Assembly (NCBI GenBank): GCA_964016885.1 | Contig: OZ024756.1 | Span: 15,686,001 to 15,750,000, forward strand | Direction of reading: 5' to 3' | DNA length: 64,000 bases | DNA from: Eledone cirrhosa | Lineage: Eukaryota | Part shown: positions 14,137 to 27,660 of the stretch, one piece after another | How positions within the stretch are numbered: the stretch's first letter is position 1 | Layout: each line of letters begins with the position of its first letter | Notes under the pieces: model-generated | Seen by the model: the letters and a program-made list of their open reading frames with translations, nothing else | What the model was told of the DNA's origin: nothing | The model's database searches: none | Program-made: the position numbers and the translations under genes

Positions 14137-14826
14137 TGGTAATGAAAGGGTTAATGACATAGGCAGTGACATTCATTAGAAATATGGTAATGAAAGTGTT
14201 AATGACATAGGCAGTGTCTTTCATTAGAAATATGGTAATGAAAGGGTTAATGACATAGGTAGTGTCTTTCATTAGAAATATGGTGATGAAAGGGTTAATG
14301 ACATAGGCAGTGTCTTTCATTAGAAATATGGTAATGAAAGGGTTAATGACATAGGTAGTGTCTTTCATTAGAAATATGGTAATGAAAGGGTTAATGACAT
14401 AGGCAGTGTCTTTCATTAGAAATATGATAATGAAAGGGTTAATGACATAGGTAGTGTCTTTCATTAGAAATATGGTGATGAAAGGGTTAATGACATAGGT
14501 AGTGTCTTTCATTAGAAATATGGTGATGAAAGGGTTAATGACATAGGTAGTGTCTTTCATTAGAAATATGGTAATGAAAGGGTTAATGACATAGGTAGTG
14601 TCTTTCATTAGAAATATGGTAATGAAAGGGTTAATGACATAGGTAGTGTCTTTCATTAGAAATATGGTGATGAAAGGGTTAATGACATAGGCAGTGTCTT
14701 TCATTAGAAATATGGTAATGAAAGGGTTAATGACATAGGTAGTGTTTTTCATAAGAAATATGATAATGAAAGGGTTAAAGACATAGGTAGTGTCTTTCAT
14801 AAGAAATATGATAATGAAAGGGTTAA
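14137..14826. repeat. 48-bp minisatellite, about 14 copies
   Basis: Unit GAAATATGGTAATGAAAGGGTTAATGACATAGGTAGTGTCTTTCATTA. Confidence 0.95.
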
Positions 14827-15374
14827 ACTACATTGTATCAAATAAACTTTACATCTCTCTTACAGATTTAATATATCCTACAATGTACATACATACAACA
14901 TACATTTGCTGCAGTTTCCTTCTTCAGACACACACACACGAGCCCAGACATTTCCTGACCAGCTTCTGTGAGGGAGAAACAGGACACACACATACAAACA
15001 TACAGCCTGCAGTTCCCTCTCACACACACACACATATATACATACATCCTGCAGTTTCATCTTATACACACACACACACACAAATACGACCTGCCGTTTC
15101 TTCATACACACACCGACATACACCCTGCAGTTTCCTCACAAACACATACATCCGGCAGTTTTATAGTCGACAATATATCGAGGGTAGGATTGTAAATTGT
15201 AAACATAAAACATTAGGTTTTAAATATTTACACTGAAGCCACAATTCCACACACCATTTACCAAGTCTCTGTCAATAAGACAACAGGAAGTGTCATAGAG
15301 CAAGTAAACACAACAGCAATGGGGATGTATAAAGAGGGAAGCTCTAAATTATATATATATATATATATATACAC

Positions 15375-15738
15375 TATATTAACAAATGGAAACTATATTT
15401 ATAAAACCATATTTATTTCATTATACATATTTCAAGGGCCACCAAGGCAAATTATGGTGTGCTTTCATTAGATAAAATATAATATAGGTTAGTTTTATAA
15501 ATAAATATTGACATAACCTGAAAAAATGCAACCATTCTGGTTGGAATCTCCTGACTATCCAGGAGATTCCATCCAGAATGGTTGCATTTTTTCAGGTTAT
15601 GTCAATATTTATTTATAAAACTAACCTATATTATATTTTATCTAATGAAAGCACACCATAATTTGCCTTGGTGGCCCTTGAAATATGTATAATGAAATAA
15701 ATATGGTTTTATAAATATAGTTTCCATTTGTTAATATA
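15375..15738. repeat. Near-perfect foldback, arms about 180 bp
   Basis: 15375-15553 is the reverse complement of 15560-15738 with few mismatches; flanked by (TA)n. Confidence 0.92.
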
Positions 15739-15911
15739 TTGTATATTTACTCCAATAATTTGTTGAGTGCTTTATATCAGTTATAAAAATATTTTGCTTG
15801 TATCCCAACAAATTAAATATAACCTCTACATATATATATATATTTATATAGTTATGTAATAAACAACATTTTGTTAGGTGCCTACTGACTGTAGTAGGTT
15901 TTACTTTGTAT

Positions 15912-17236
15912 TTAGGTAAGGCAGGTCTTCTCTATTACTGTGTACCGCCAAAGATCTTGGTCCAGTGACATTGTCTTGGAGAGGTGTAAGTGTGTGAGGT
16001 CGGAATTTATCAAGTCGTCCCAGGTTTTTCTGGGTCTGCCTACTCCGTGGCTACCGTCTATTTTTATTGCCCTGCACTTTTTTATACAGCTGTCGTCTTT
16101 CATGCGCATCACGTGTCCATACCAACGTAGCCTTCTCTCGAGTAAACAACATCTGATCCCTCTTATTTCTAATTTTTCCCTTAGTTCGTTAATGCTTTGC
16201 CGTTCACGTATATTACTATTACACATCCAGTGGAGCATGCAAGCTTCGTTCCTCTCTAGTCTGCGTATATCCTCTGCACACAATGCCCAGGTCTCACTGC
16301 CATGCAACATTGCTGTTCGTATGCAGGCATCATACAGCCTGCCTTTCATTTTTAGGGAGAACCCTTTAGCGGCTAATAGTGGTATAAGCTCTCTGAACTT
16401 TTTCCATCCAGTTCTGACTCTAGCTACTGTACTTTCAGAGCACCCTCCCCCACTGCTGATTTTGTCACCCAGGCAACGGAAGCTGTCCACTATTTCTATA
16501 GAACCCTCTGTGCAATTGAAAGAGCTAGTATTCTGTGGGCACTTGCTGCTACTTATTGCACCAGAGCACCGGCCACATGTAAAATCTATGTTCTTAGTTA
16601 GCTTACCTGTGATCCCACTACTTCTTTTATGCACCCATACTTTGCATTTGAGACATAAAATGGAGTTTCTACCTACTCCTTTCCTACACACTGAGCATGG
16701 CCATTTCCCGGATGGGGCCGTCGCCCTATTTTCCTTCCTACAAACTAGAACTTTAGTCTTAGACAGGTTAATTTTAAGGCCTTTTGATTCTAGGCCGTGC
16801 TTCCATGTTTGGAATTTCTTCTCTAGTTCGGCCATTGATTCAGCTATGAGCGTTGGATCATCTGCGTATAGGAGTTCCCATGGGCAGCCGGTCTTGAACT
16901 CCACTGTTATAGCCTGAAGGGCAATAATAAATAGTAGGGGGCTAAGAACGTTGCCCTGATGAACACCAACTTTTACGCTAAACTCTTCACTATAGTTTTC
17001 TAAGACCTAGTTTTCTAAGAGCCCACCAGATAATGGAACGGGGTACTCTGTCGAAGGCTTTCTCCAAGTCAACAAAAGCTAAGTATAGGGGTTTACTTTT
17101 AGCTAGGTACTTCTCCTGTAGTTGTCGTACAATGAAAAGAGCGTCTGTAGTACTTTTGCCTGACACAAACCCGAACTGCATTTCATCTAGATCAATTCTC
17201 TCTCTGATTAGTTGCGCTATTACTTTTTCCGTGACC
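15912..17236 (-). mobile_element. LINE (RTE-like) reverse transcriptase fragment with Cys-rich PHD-like insert
   Basis: QFGFVSGKSTTDALF, AFVDLEKAFDRV, LLYADD, RRLRWYGHVMRM, GRPRKTW; insert WPCSVCRKGVGRNSILCLKC..WVH...CGRC. Confidence 0.9.
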
Positions 17237-17293
17237 TTATATATATATATATAAAGAATGAAGAGTAACATGGTTGGCTGTACAATAAGGGGC

Positions 17294-17336
<43 letters not shown>

Positions 17337-17611
17337 GAAAAAGAAAAATCAATGATGTATCGGAACTCAATTTATTGCGTGTTACAATTGTTAGGAAGGA
17401 CATCCAGCTGTAGAAATCAAGCCAGAACCAGTTCCCGTATGAGCTAGACATGGTCAGCCAACCGGACACTGCCCACAACAGGACAACCCGTCTAACCCAT
17501 GTTAGCGTGGAAGAACGGACATAAAACGGTGATGATGATGATGATGATATATATATATATACACATACACACATTTTCCCAAAATGCTTTTCTAATTTAA
17601 CTTTTCAGATC

Positions 17612-17642
<31 letters not shown>

Positions 17643-17644
17643 GG

Positions 17645-17985
17645 GGGCACATGGTTTATGGTTAGAGCATTGGGCTTGCAATCGAAAGGTTGTGAGTTCA
17701 ATTCTCAAACCGGGTGATGTGTTGTTTCCTTGAGCAAGACACTTTATTTCACATTGCTCCAGTTTACTCAGCTGTAGAAATGAGATGATAGGGACTGGGG
17801 TCCCTATCATTCCACAGCAAAGTGGTCGTGGAAGTGCCACGGCAAAAAAGCACCCAGCACTCACTGTAAATGAGGTTGGTGTTAGGAAGGGCATCCAGCT
17901 GTAGAAAACAAGCCAGAATCAGTTCCCATCCCACCCTTGCAAGCAGGGAAAAGTGGACGTAAAATGAAATGATAATGATGATGAT
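17645..17985 (+). mobile_element. tRNA-derived CORE-like SINE family A, representative copy
   Basis: A/B-box head (TGGYTTAGTGG, GAGTTCAATTC), CCTTGAGCAAGACACTT core, (GAT)n tail; copies at 32840-33150(-), 34012-34280(+), 36865-37188(+), 42755-43087(-), 45530-45868(-), 55890-56210(+). Confidence 0.85.
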
Positions 17986-18379
17986 ATATATATATATATA
18001 TACATACATATATGTCTCTCTGTCACTGTAGTGGAAGGTAGCTGCAGAACAGGAAGTTATTGATGAGAAATGATTTCAAATTTTTGTACCGGGGGGGGGG
18101 GGGGGGGGGGGGTGATGAAAGAACACAGCAAATGGAGGGAGGCTGTAGTAAAGTAAAAAAGACCCATCCAACCCATGCAAGCATGGAAAGACAGACACAC
18201 ATACATACGTATATATATATATATATAATGTACCCCCTGACATTTGTGGAATTTTCCTTCAAACTTAACTAATAATTGTTTGTGAAAACCACCACATAAT
18301 TGTGGAATTGTAAATATCTTCTGCGATTTTTTTTAATAGCATTTTTCATGACAATATATTTTTTTTTAACGTTAAATTA

Positions 18380-20100
18380 CACCGTGTAACAAAAAAAAAA
18401 TGTTTCTCTGTTCCTGGCTTGTAATCAGTTTTTGTGTTGCTTGGGTCCCAAATAAATAAAAAAAAAAGTGCTATTAAACAGTTAAAAGTTTGGGTTTGTA
18501 AAAATTCTAAGCTATTCACTAGAATAATTTGTATGCTGGATTTTACGTTGTATGTAAGTTTAATTTGCTTATGTTAAATGATTTTTTTATATATGTTTCA
18601 GGTTAAATTAAAATTATAAAAGTGCAATAAAGTATAAAATTGTTAAAAAGTGGATTAAAGGGATTTATTGGTACTGGGGTACCAGAAAAAGTTCCTCACT
18701 TCCCAAACCAAAATGAAGTCAATGACTTGGTCAGGGATATGGGTCTGACCAAGTCCAATGCAGAGCTATTCGTACCCAGGATGAAGCAGTGGAACTTGGT
18801 CAAGGAAGAAGTGCAGGTGACAAGTCAGAGAAGTCGACACAAACCCTTGTCAGGCTTTTACACTCTTAGGGATGGCCTCTGCTTCTGCCAGGACGTGCCT
18901 GGACTGTTTGACGTTATTGGGGTACCGTTTGTGCCCAAGGAGTGGCGGTTATTTATAGACAGCTCCACCACAAGTTTGAAGACTATCCTCCTCCACAATG
19001 GAAACAAGTTCCCGACACTGCCCCTAGCTCATTCAGTCTGCCTGAAGGAAGATTACTAGTGTGAAAGTCCTCTTGGAAGCTCTGCAATACAACCAGTACA
19101 TTTGGGAAATCATTGGAGACTACAAGATGGTGGCTTTCCTGCTTGGACTCCAAGGAGGCTTTATCAAATTCCAATGTTTCCTCTGCCTTTGGGAGAGCAG
19201 AGCAACCTCTGACCACTACAAAAGAAAGAACTGTGAACAGAATTTGTAGTTGGGACCCAGAACATCATGTGGGAGCCACTGGTTGATCCCAGGATTGTGC
19301 TCATGCCGCCACTGCACATTAGGTTGGGATTGAAGCAGTTTGTGAAGGCTCTCAACCAAGAATCAGCCGCTTTTAACTACCTTCTTGAGTTCTTCTCTAA
19401 GTATCTGAGGCCAAAATCAAAGGTGGAATTTTTGTTGGACCTCAGATAAAGAAGGTCTACCGAGTTCTCCAATAAGCTCAATAGGACTGAGAGAACAGCA
19501 TGGAACTGTTTCAAGGCAGTTGTTAAGGGCTTCCTGGGCAACTACAGAGCTGAAAACTACCAGCAACTGGTGCAGGATCTGATAAAGGCTTTTGGCGCCA
19601 TGGGATGCAGGATGTCGCTTAAACTCCATATGCTGGACGCTCACCTGGAAAAATTCAAGGACAATATGGGCGCCTACTCAGAAGAACAAGGCAAACGATT
19701 TCACCAAGATGTGAAAGAGATAGAGCGGAGGAACCAGGGCCACTACAATGAAAAAAATGATGGGGGGGACTAGTGCGGGAATGCGAGCTGGACTACAGTC
19801 GCAAATCCAGTCATTTCTGACGTGTATAAGTTGCTTTATAAGTGTTATTTGTTTTTACGTGTTGGCTTTTGATAAGCTTGTATAATAAAATAAAAATATA
19901 CTCTGTTGATTTAATTATATGAACTGATAAATTTTTTTAAAATGTGTTTTTTCTTGAAAAATATGAAAATTTCGAAGTATCAAACTCCTGACCACAAACC
20001 CAAACTTCTGATTAAATAAGTGTTTTTTTTATAATAATGGGATATAACAAACCAGGAAATGACACTTAGCACCGGGGAACAAAAAATATGCTACACGGTG
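18380..20100 (+). mobile_element. Chapaev3-like (CMC) DNA transposon with degenerate transposase
   Basis: TIRs CACCGTGTA...TACACGGTG, 3-bp TSD TTA; broken ORFs 18640-19773 with WRLFIDSS..SLK.ILLHNGN, GD.KMV..LLGLQ.G..K..CFLCLW, PPLHI.LGL, YSEEQG.RFHQD; family assignment from recalled motifs. Confidence 0.8.
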
Positions 20101-20475
20101 TTATTAATAACTGTTTCTACTATTGGCACAAGGCCAGAAATTACCCAGTACATTACTGGTACTTTATTTTATCGACCCCGTAAGGATGAAAGGCAAAGTT
20201 AACCTCGGCGCGATTTGAACTCAGAATGGCAAGGGCCGTAACTCTATGCGTCAGACCCTCTACCGATACTGCCAATCCACCGGTGTTATTAATAACATTT
20301 GCCAGCCTATTGGACACTCCTTCCCATAAGATACTCCCTTTTGTTATTACATCTTGACGTTTATAGGCATTTTTATGGAGCACGTCCGATTTGTGCGGTT
20401 TTTTACTCTTCGCAGGTGCTTTAGAAACATAACCCTGTGGGACAACCATATGTATGTATGTATATAGACTTTGTT

Positions 20476-20526
20476 AGTTTCAGAAGATCCCGTTAAGGGT
20501 GAAAGCAGCGATTCTTTGCTTAAACT
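20476..20526 (+). ncRNA. Hammerhead-ribozyme-like motif (CAGAAGA core variant)
   Basis: AGTTT-CAGAAGA-T.CCC.GTTAA.GGG.T-GAAA-GCA...TGC-TT^AAACT; sister copies at 52621-52667 and 55350-55400. Confidence 0.55.
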
Positions 20527-20565
20527 TGAATCTGTTATTTTAATAAATATATATATATATATATA

Positions 20566-20921
20566 TACGATATTAAACAAATGGAAACTATATTTATAAA
20601 ACCATATTTATTTTGTTATATATATTTCTGGGATATCATATTAAAAATATGTTATGCCTTCCTCAGACAAAATACAATACATAAGCTGTTTTATAAATAA
20701 TTAGTGACATACCTTGTAATAATGCAACTTCCTTTTAAAAAGTTGATTTTAAAAGGAAGTTGCATTATTACAAGGTATGTCACTAATTATTTATAAAACA
20801 GCTTATGTATTGTATTTTGTCTGAGGAAGGCATAACATATTTTTAATATGATATCCCAGAAATATATATAACGAAATAAATATGGTTTTATAAATATAGT
20901 TTTCATTTGTTTAATATCGTA
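20566..20921. repeat. Near-perfect foldback, arms about 175 bp, same family as 15375
   Basis: Centre near 20744; shares AAATGGAAACTATATTTATAAAACCATATTTATTT and the downstream tail with the 15.4-kb copy. Confidence 0.92.
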
Positions 20922-21006
20922 AACCTACTCCAGAAACTGTCGAGTGCTTTTATATCAGTTATAAAATATTTACTCGTTGTAACCCAACAATCTTAAATAA
21001 AACTTT

Positions 21007-21048
<42 letters not shown>

Positions 21049-22857
21049 TAGATGGGATGGAGAGAACAAAACATAGCAATATATAATTTCTGAATAAATT
21101 TCTTTATTGTTTATAAACAAATGCTTATCAAGACAAATTAATTTTATTTTATTTATTTATTTATTTATTTATTTTTTGTAATCTCTTGGCATATTATAGG
21201 GGAGGTGGAGGGGGTGATGAGAGGAGAGATGGCGAGATACAGGGTGAGGAGAAGATATTTATTTAAGTCTGTTTTATCCAAGTTGGAAAGGAATCAGGGA
21301 AAAAACAAGAGTGCAGGGCGGAGCGGAATAAGGGAGGGAGAGGGGGAATTTAAAAAAAAACAAGCATTTAAAAGATAAAACAAAAAAATGATTCACATTC
21401 ACTAAATAATAATTATATGCTTGGCAAACAAAAGGAAGGGTTTTATTTATTTATATATATATATTAAAAGAAACAGAGAAGTGAGAAGCAAATAATAATT
21501 GTTTCTACTTTTGGCACAAGACCAGCAATTATCCAGTACATTACTGGTACTTTATTTTATCGACCCCGTAAGGATGAAAGGCAAAGTCAACCTCAGCGGG
21601 ATTTGAACTCAGATCGTTAAGGGAGGTAACTATGCTGGAAAGCATGGCATCCGACCCTCTACCGATACTGCCAATCCACCATTTCTGAATTAGGTACAAG
21701 ACCAGTAAATTTGGGGTGAAAGGTAGGGGGAAAGTTAAATTGACCCACACTATATGACTGGTACTTTGTTATCTGACACCTGAAAGGGTGAAAGGCAAAG
21801 TTGACCTCAGAGCCAATCCACTGCCCTTTTATTAATAATGGTTTCTAATTTAGGCACAAGGCCAGTAATTTGAGGAAGGGGGGGGGGGGTAAATCGACCA
21901 TATTATTTGACTGGTATTTTATTTTATCAACCCTGGGAGAAGGATGAAAGGTAAAGTTGACCTCAGCAGGATTTAAACTCAAAAATTTGTTTTAAATAGA
22001 AAATAGAAAAGTAAAGCAAGATAAATACAGTAGAAACATTGGCACATCAAATGTTATATTTTCTTCATAGAGAAATGTTGGGAATGGAGGGCAGAGGGGC
22101 CATTATTTCAGATCTTCACATTTTTTTTAAAATAAATTTTAAAGTTCATTTTAGAATAATTAGCTTTGTATATTTGTGTCTAAAGTCTGTCTCCAGCCAT
22201 TTATGGCTTGTTAGGTCGGTGCTTATCCGTTTCATGAATTGAAGCTACTGAGAGTACAAGACGCCAGTCCATCACAAGGTTAAACACCCAGCTTATTGCT
22301 GGTACTCATTTCCAGTTGAGTATACTAGAGCAATGCGAAATGAAGTGTTTTGCTCGAGAACAATATGCAACCTAGCCCAGGAATCAAACCCACAAAATTA
22401 GGCCATGCACCTCCTGTGTACTTTTTTTTCATGAAAGATAATGAAATATCAATAATAAGAATAATAATGGCTTGTAATTTAGGAACAAAGCCAGCAATTT
22501 GCAGGGAGATGGGTGGAGATTACATCAACCACCAGCTTCAGTACTTGACTGCTACTTTATTTCATCAACCACAGATCATAAACAACTATAGCTAATGACT
22601 GCAAGGAAGGCATTTTAAGCCAGCAGCATTCTAACAATTTTTCCAACCCACCACCCTAATTATATAAATGTATATCTAGTTGGCTGAATGTGTGGTTGTA
22701 ATCACTAAAAAAAAAAAAAAAAAAAGAGCTCCCAATATGTAAAAATTAAAGGTAAATATAGTATATCATATAAAATACATATCAAGCTGGCATTTACCTT
22801 TGTAAGTGCTTGGAGTTTCCTGGAAAGGTATATGCCAGTTTGGCATGTGTTTTATAT

Positions 22858-23035
22858 AATTGTTTCTACTTTAGGCACAAGGCCAGCAATTACCCAGTGC
22901 ATTACTGGTACTTTATTTTATCGACCCCGTAAGGATGAAAGGCAAAGTCAACCTCGGCGGGATTTGAACTCAGATCGTAAAGGGACGTAACTATGCTGGA
23001 AAGCATGGCGTCCGACCCTCTACCGGTACTGCCAA
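22858..23035 (-). mobile_element. tRNA-derived SINE family B, representative copy
   Basis: TGGCAGTAYCGGTAGAG...GAGTTCAAATCCCGCC...GGGGTCGATAAAATAAAGTACCAG; copies at about 4160(+), 20112-20280(-), 21495-21680(-), 36390-36665(-), 39630-39830(-), 47930-48052(-), 51640(+), 57700(+). Confidence 0.85.
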
Positions 23036-25139
23036 ATTTGGTAATAAACAATTCACATACCAAATTTATTCACCTCCTATATATATGTATGTATACATAG
23101 TGAAGGAATGGAAAATTTAGATTTTAAATTTGAATTTTTTAAAAAAACAAAACAAAAAAACACAGCCAATGTAAAAAAAAAAGGGGGGGGGGCTGAACCA
23201 GTGGCTTTGTATGTTTTTTCCTTTTCTTTCTAACATTAACTAGGCACTGGCTCAGTGAAGCAGGAAGGAGTTAGACAATAGAATCACAAAATATGGACCT
23301 AATTGATGAGAGAGAGAGAGAGAGAGGGTCCCAAAAGTCACTTAGGTTATTTGAACATTTTAACCAATTTAGATACCAAACTACACGAAACTACCAGGGC
23401 TTCTATGATAGAAAGCTGTTTGTTTTAAAAGTGTTCATAGTTAAATTCAAACCATCTATTACAATTTTTGTAAGACCCGTTGTGTTCTAAACATCACCAT
23501 AACCCATTGACATTCACATTACTCTAAATTTACTATTGTATTTTCACGGTTTCAAGGCTTTATTTCACATATCTTATATAATATTGAATCGACAAGATTT
23601 TGATATTTATTTTGAGAACAATACCTTAACATAAGTATAAACAGCCAGTTACAGCCAGTTTGAATTGAAAGAGGTGAGAGAATTCTAGCTAGATATGGCT
23701 GGTTTAAATGCTAGAGGGTTAAAATTTTTCAAACCAAACCAACTGCAACTCCCATGGCTGTTTATATTTAAATTTTGAAACAAAAATTCCATAATTTTAT
23801 CTAAGAACATTTTTTTTAATTATGTTCCAAACACCAGTTTGATAAAGTTAGTTACATTAATTACCAAATCCCTCCAAATTCTTGAATATTTCCAAAATTA
23901 TTTGCAAATCATAATAGTCTTTCATTACAAAGAGGGTAACAAATGTCCTGGGTATGACATCAAACTGCATCCAGTGGCAAGACTCCAGTTCAGGAGCTGT
24001 GGGGAATGTGGAGTTACCCCTTAGTTGTTATCACTCCCAGATCTGCTCTGGCCCAAAGCAGTAGTTAGGATCCCATTTATGGACTAAATTTTACTCGAGT
24101 TGCACCGGTAAGGTATTATCAGCCATTGGAAAGTAAAGAAAAAGGGTTAAAATAAACGTACCTATTTCACTTTCAAATACCTAAGTGATTTAGGGAACAA
24201 CCTGTGCGTTGAGAGCCAAGTTAATTTTGGGGATAGCCTATGTGTGGGCACAGTAAAGTTAATTTTGGGGTGATATGAGGGACAACCTGTGTGTGTGTGT
24301 GTAGTAAATTTTATCAATTTTTTTCTCAATAATTAATCAATAACCAATAAATGAAGAAGAGGGAGGGAGAGAAAGACCAGGTGAAAATTAAAGGTGAATT
24401 CAATGAAATATGATTTAGTGTTTTTTGTTGTAATTCTTTTACTGGTTTCAGTCAATTAGACAGTGGCCAGCCATGCTGGGGCACCACCTTATGTAAAAGA
24501 CAAAACAGTTTGTTTTTTTTATTTATTTGATTCCTATAATAATGGCAGGATGAAATTTTATGTGGAATTCTTTTTTCTTTTCATTTTTTTTTCAAAATAT
24601 TTTTTTAAAAAGTAAAAAAAAAAAAAAATAAATAAATAAAAATATAAATAAATAAAAATCCATTCCAAATTTTTCCAAGATTTGATTTGCAGAAATTAAC
24701 CTAAACTAACCAATTATATGTCAATGTAAAAAAAAAATTATTTTTATATATATATATATATGCACACACGCGAAATGTGTGTGTGTGTGTGTATATATAT
24801 ATACACACTCACACATATATATATATATATATATATATACACATGTAAAATATGTATGCATATGAGTGTGTGTATATATATATATATAACCATAATAGAA
24901 ATCCGAAGAGCTTTTGATTCCAGTCTGGCCAGATCGAGCCTTGAGCTGTTCAATCGTGTCACACCTCAATAAAAGTAATGAAGATCTAACACTTCAGCTT
25001 TTTTATTATTATTATTATTATTAGTATATATATATATATATATGAAAGGAATCCAAGACTTCCTTAAAACACTCGAACTATATATGCACATGCACACACA
25101 TGTGTATAAGTGTTTTAAGGAAGTCTTGGACTCCTTTTA

Positions 25140-25178
<39 letters not shown>

Positions 25179-27174
25179 TTGTGAAGTAAATCACTTCCTA
25201 TTCTTTATTAAAATACATACATGCACAAAGAACCTTCTCCCAATTTCTAGATAATTCTAAATTCTCAAAACTAGAAAAAGTTGGTATTCAGGTATTTTTG
25301 TAGGATTTTTAAAGATAAATTCTTTAGAAGTAACTATAAAATGTTCTGTACAGATGATTTTATATATATATATAAAACGTAATATATAAATATATATATA
25401 TATAAAATTATATATATAGATATATATAAAATATAATATATATAGATATATATAAAATTTATATATATATATATATATATAATGCATGCACACACACATA
25501 TATAAACATGTGGTTAAACTTTTTGATAGCAAGCCACATGAAAACAGCTATGGTTTTATAATATAAAACTGCTTGTTTTAAAGTGTTATGTTATCTCAAT
25601 ATAAACCTCCCATTTTATGTAAGGATATTTCTGTCAGTTATGTTCCAAATATCAGCTTGATAATGAGATAATTAAGCTATGTTACTGAACTACTTCAAAT
25701 TCATTATTTTCAAAACAAATTGAGAGACCGATCATATTTGACACACATGCATGCTCGGGGTTAAATACTGAACCTTATCATTCATACTATCTCTTCCTCT
25801 TGTCATTCAGTGTAAGAGAACATTCTACAAAAGGGTGAGGGTGGGAGACACACTTGGGTTAGGGGCGTTATTTCTATGTTGTGACAGGGTGGGCCCCTTT
25901 GTTTTATTTAGAATTGTTTTCGTTCTTTCTTTTCTTCATAAATATAAATATATTGAAATATATTTACTATTGTATTTTCGCAGTAAAGGCTTTACCTCAC
26001 ATAATATCGAATCTATGAGATTTTGATATTTATTTTGAGAACAATACCATAACATCGGTATGAGTGACCGGTTACAGCCAGTTTGAACAGAGAGAGGTGA
26101 GAGAATTCTGGCCGGTTTAAATGTTATGAAAGAAATACATACAAGTGGATTTAATTCCAACAATGAGTAAAGAAATGTAGCCGTTTTGATACCAAACTGC
26201 TTGCGACCACCTCTGCCTCTACAACACAAAACTGTTTATTTTAAAGTATTTATATTTATCTAAAAGCCTTCCATCATAATTCTATATTGGAACCTTTATG
26301 TTATATGTTCCAAACACTGCTGGTTTTACAACACAAAACCTACCGTCATAATTCTATGTTAAGTTATGCTCCAAACACCCCTGGTTCTGTGATACAAAAC
26401 TGTTTATATTTATCTAAAAACCTTCCATCATATATAATTCTATATTAGAACCTCTATGTTTTGTTCCAAACACCAATTTAATAATGAAAAAATAATATTT
26501 CACAAAATCTTTCCAAATTAATAGAAAATCATAGGCAATGTCTTTCACTAGAAATGAGTTAAAAATATGAGAAATATCTAAGGAGGAGGAAGAGGAGATA
26601 GGAACAGATCTAATTAGGACAAATATTCAGGTGAATGATGAGGAAAGACAACAGGTCGTTAGCTACTCTGCATGGATTTAATTAATGCAAGGTGTTAAAA
26701 AACAAAACAAAAAGCATGCTATTAGAGTATGGCTCTCAGACATTCGTATTGTGTCATAAATGTTTGACATTGCTGGGAGTGGAAAGGGAACAATCCTATC
26801 TAAAAGGTATTGAATTCGACATTGATCTAGAGCAACAGCTGATGCAGGGAAAGGGAAGGTCTTGCAGTGCAAGCTGTTGTGTAAAAATAATATAATGTAT
26901 GATGGGTGCAGCAACATCAGACCTGGTATCCAAACAATTTAAACTGCCAAAAATATTCCTTCCTCACCCCCAATCAGCTACAGCAGAAACATTTAATAAC
27001 AAAATTATTTTCCATTCAAGATTTTTTACTTTTCTTTTTGTAAACATATTTTATAATCTTAATACCATTTACGTTTAAATGACCAACAAAGATGTCGTCG
27101 GATTAAAACTCCAGCACATTCCCCATCCCTCAAGGACTAATAGTACCGACAAATGACCATAAAACCCCCCAAAA

Positions 27175-27660
27175 AAGCTCACACCTGTAGAGGTTTAGCT
27201 GGCTTCCTACAAAATGGTATCTCAGGTGTTTTAATAAGGACTCTAGTCCTATCATGTTACAGCTCACACCTATGTATGTTTAGCTAGCCGCCAATAAGGT
27301 TGTGGTGTCTCACAGGAGGATTCTTGAGTGTTTTAATGATAGGGACCCTTGTCCTACCATATTGTTACAGCTCACACCCATGTAGAATTAGCTGGCGTCC
27401 TACAAGGTTGCATCTCAAAGGAAGTTTCTCAGGTATTTTAATGATAGGGACTGCAGTGATGATGATGATGATATAGTTCACGCCTATGTAGGTTTAGCTA
27501 GCATCTCATCAGAAGTTTCTCAGATGTTTTAATGAGAGGGACAAAGTCCTATCATGTTGTTACAGCTCACATGTAGGTTTAGCTGACCTCCTACAAGGTT
27601 GCATCTCAAAGGTTTTTTAGGTGTTTTAATAATTAGAAGGCAGTGCCCAATCCTATCATC
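27175..27660. repeat. Degenerate tandem repeat of about 85-110 bp, about 5 copies
   Basis: Recurring AGCTCACACC..GTAGGTTTAGCT...GTGTTTTAATG...GGGAC; a related array in inverse orientation lies at about 53960-54360. Confidence 0.7.

Noticed and set aside
13889-14800. 303-aa ORF with a 16-aa repeat
   Set aside because: Artefact of a 48-bp (multiple of 3) minisatellite derived from a transposon end
15940-16917. 325-aa plus-strand ORF
   Set aside because: Antisense shadow of the LINE RT frame with no independent motifs
17645-17720. tRNA-like A/B-box sequences here and in other copies
   Set aside because: Heads of multicopy SINEs with no complete cloverleaf
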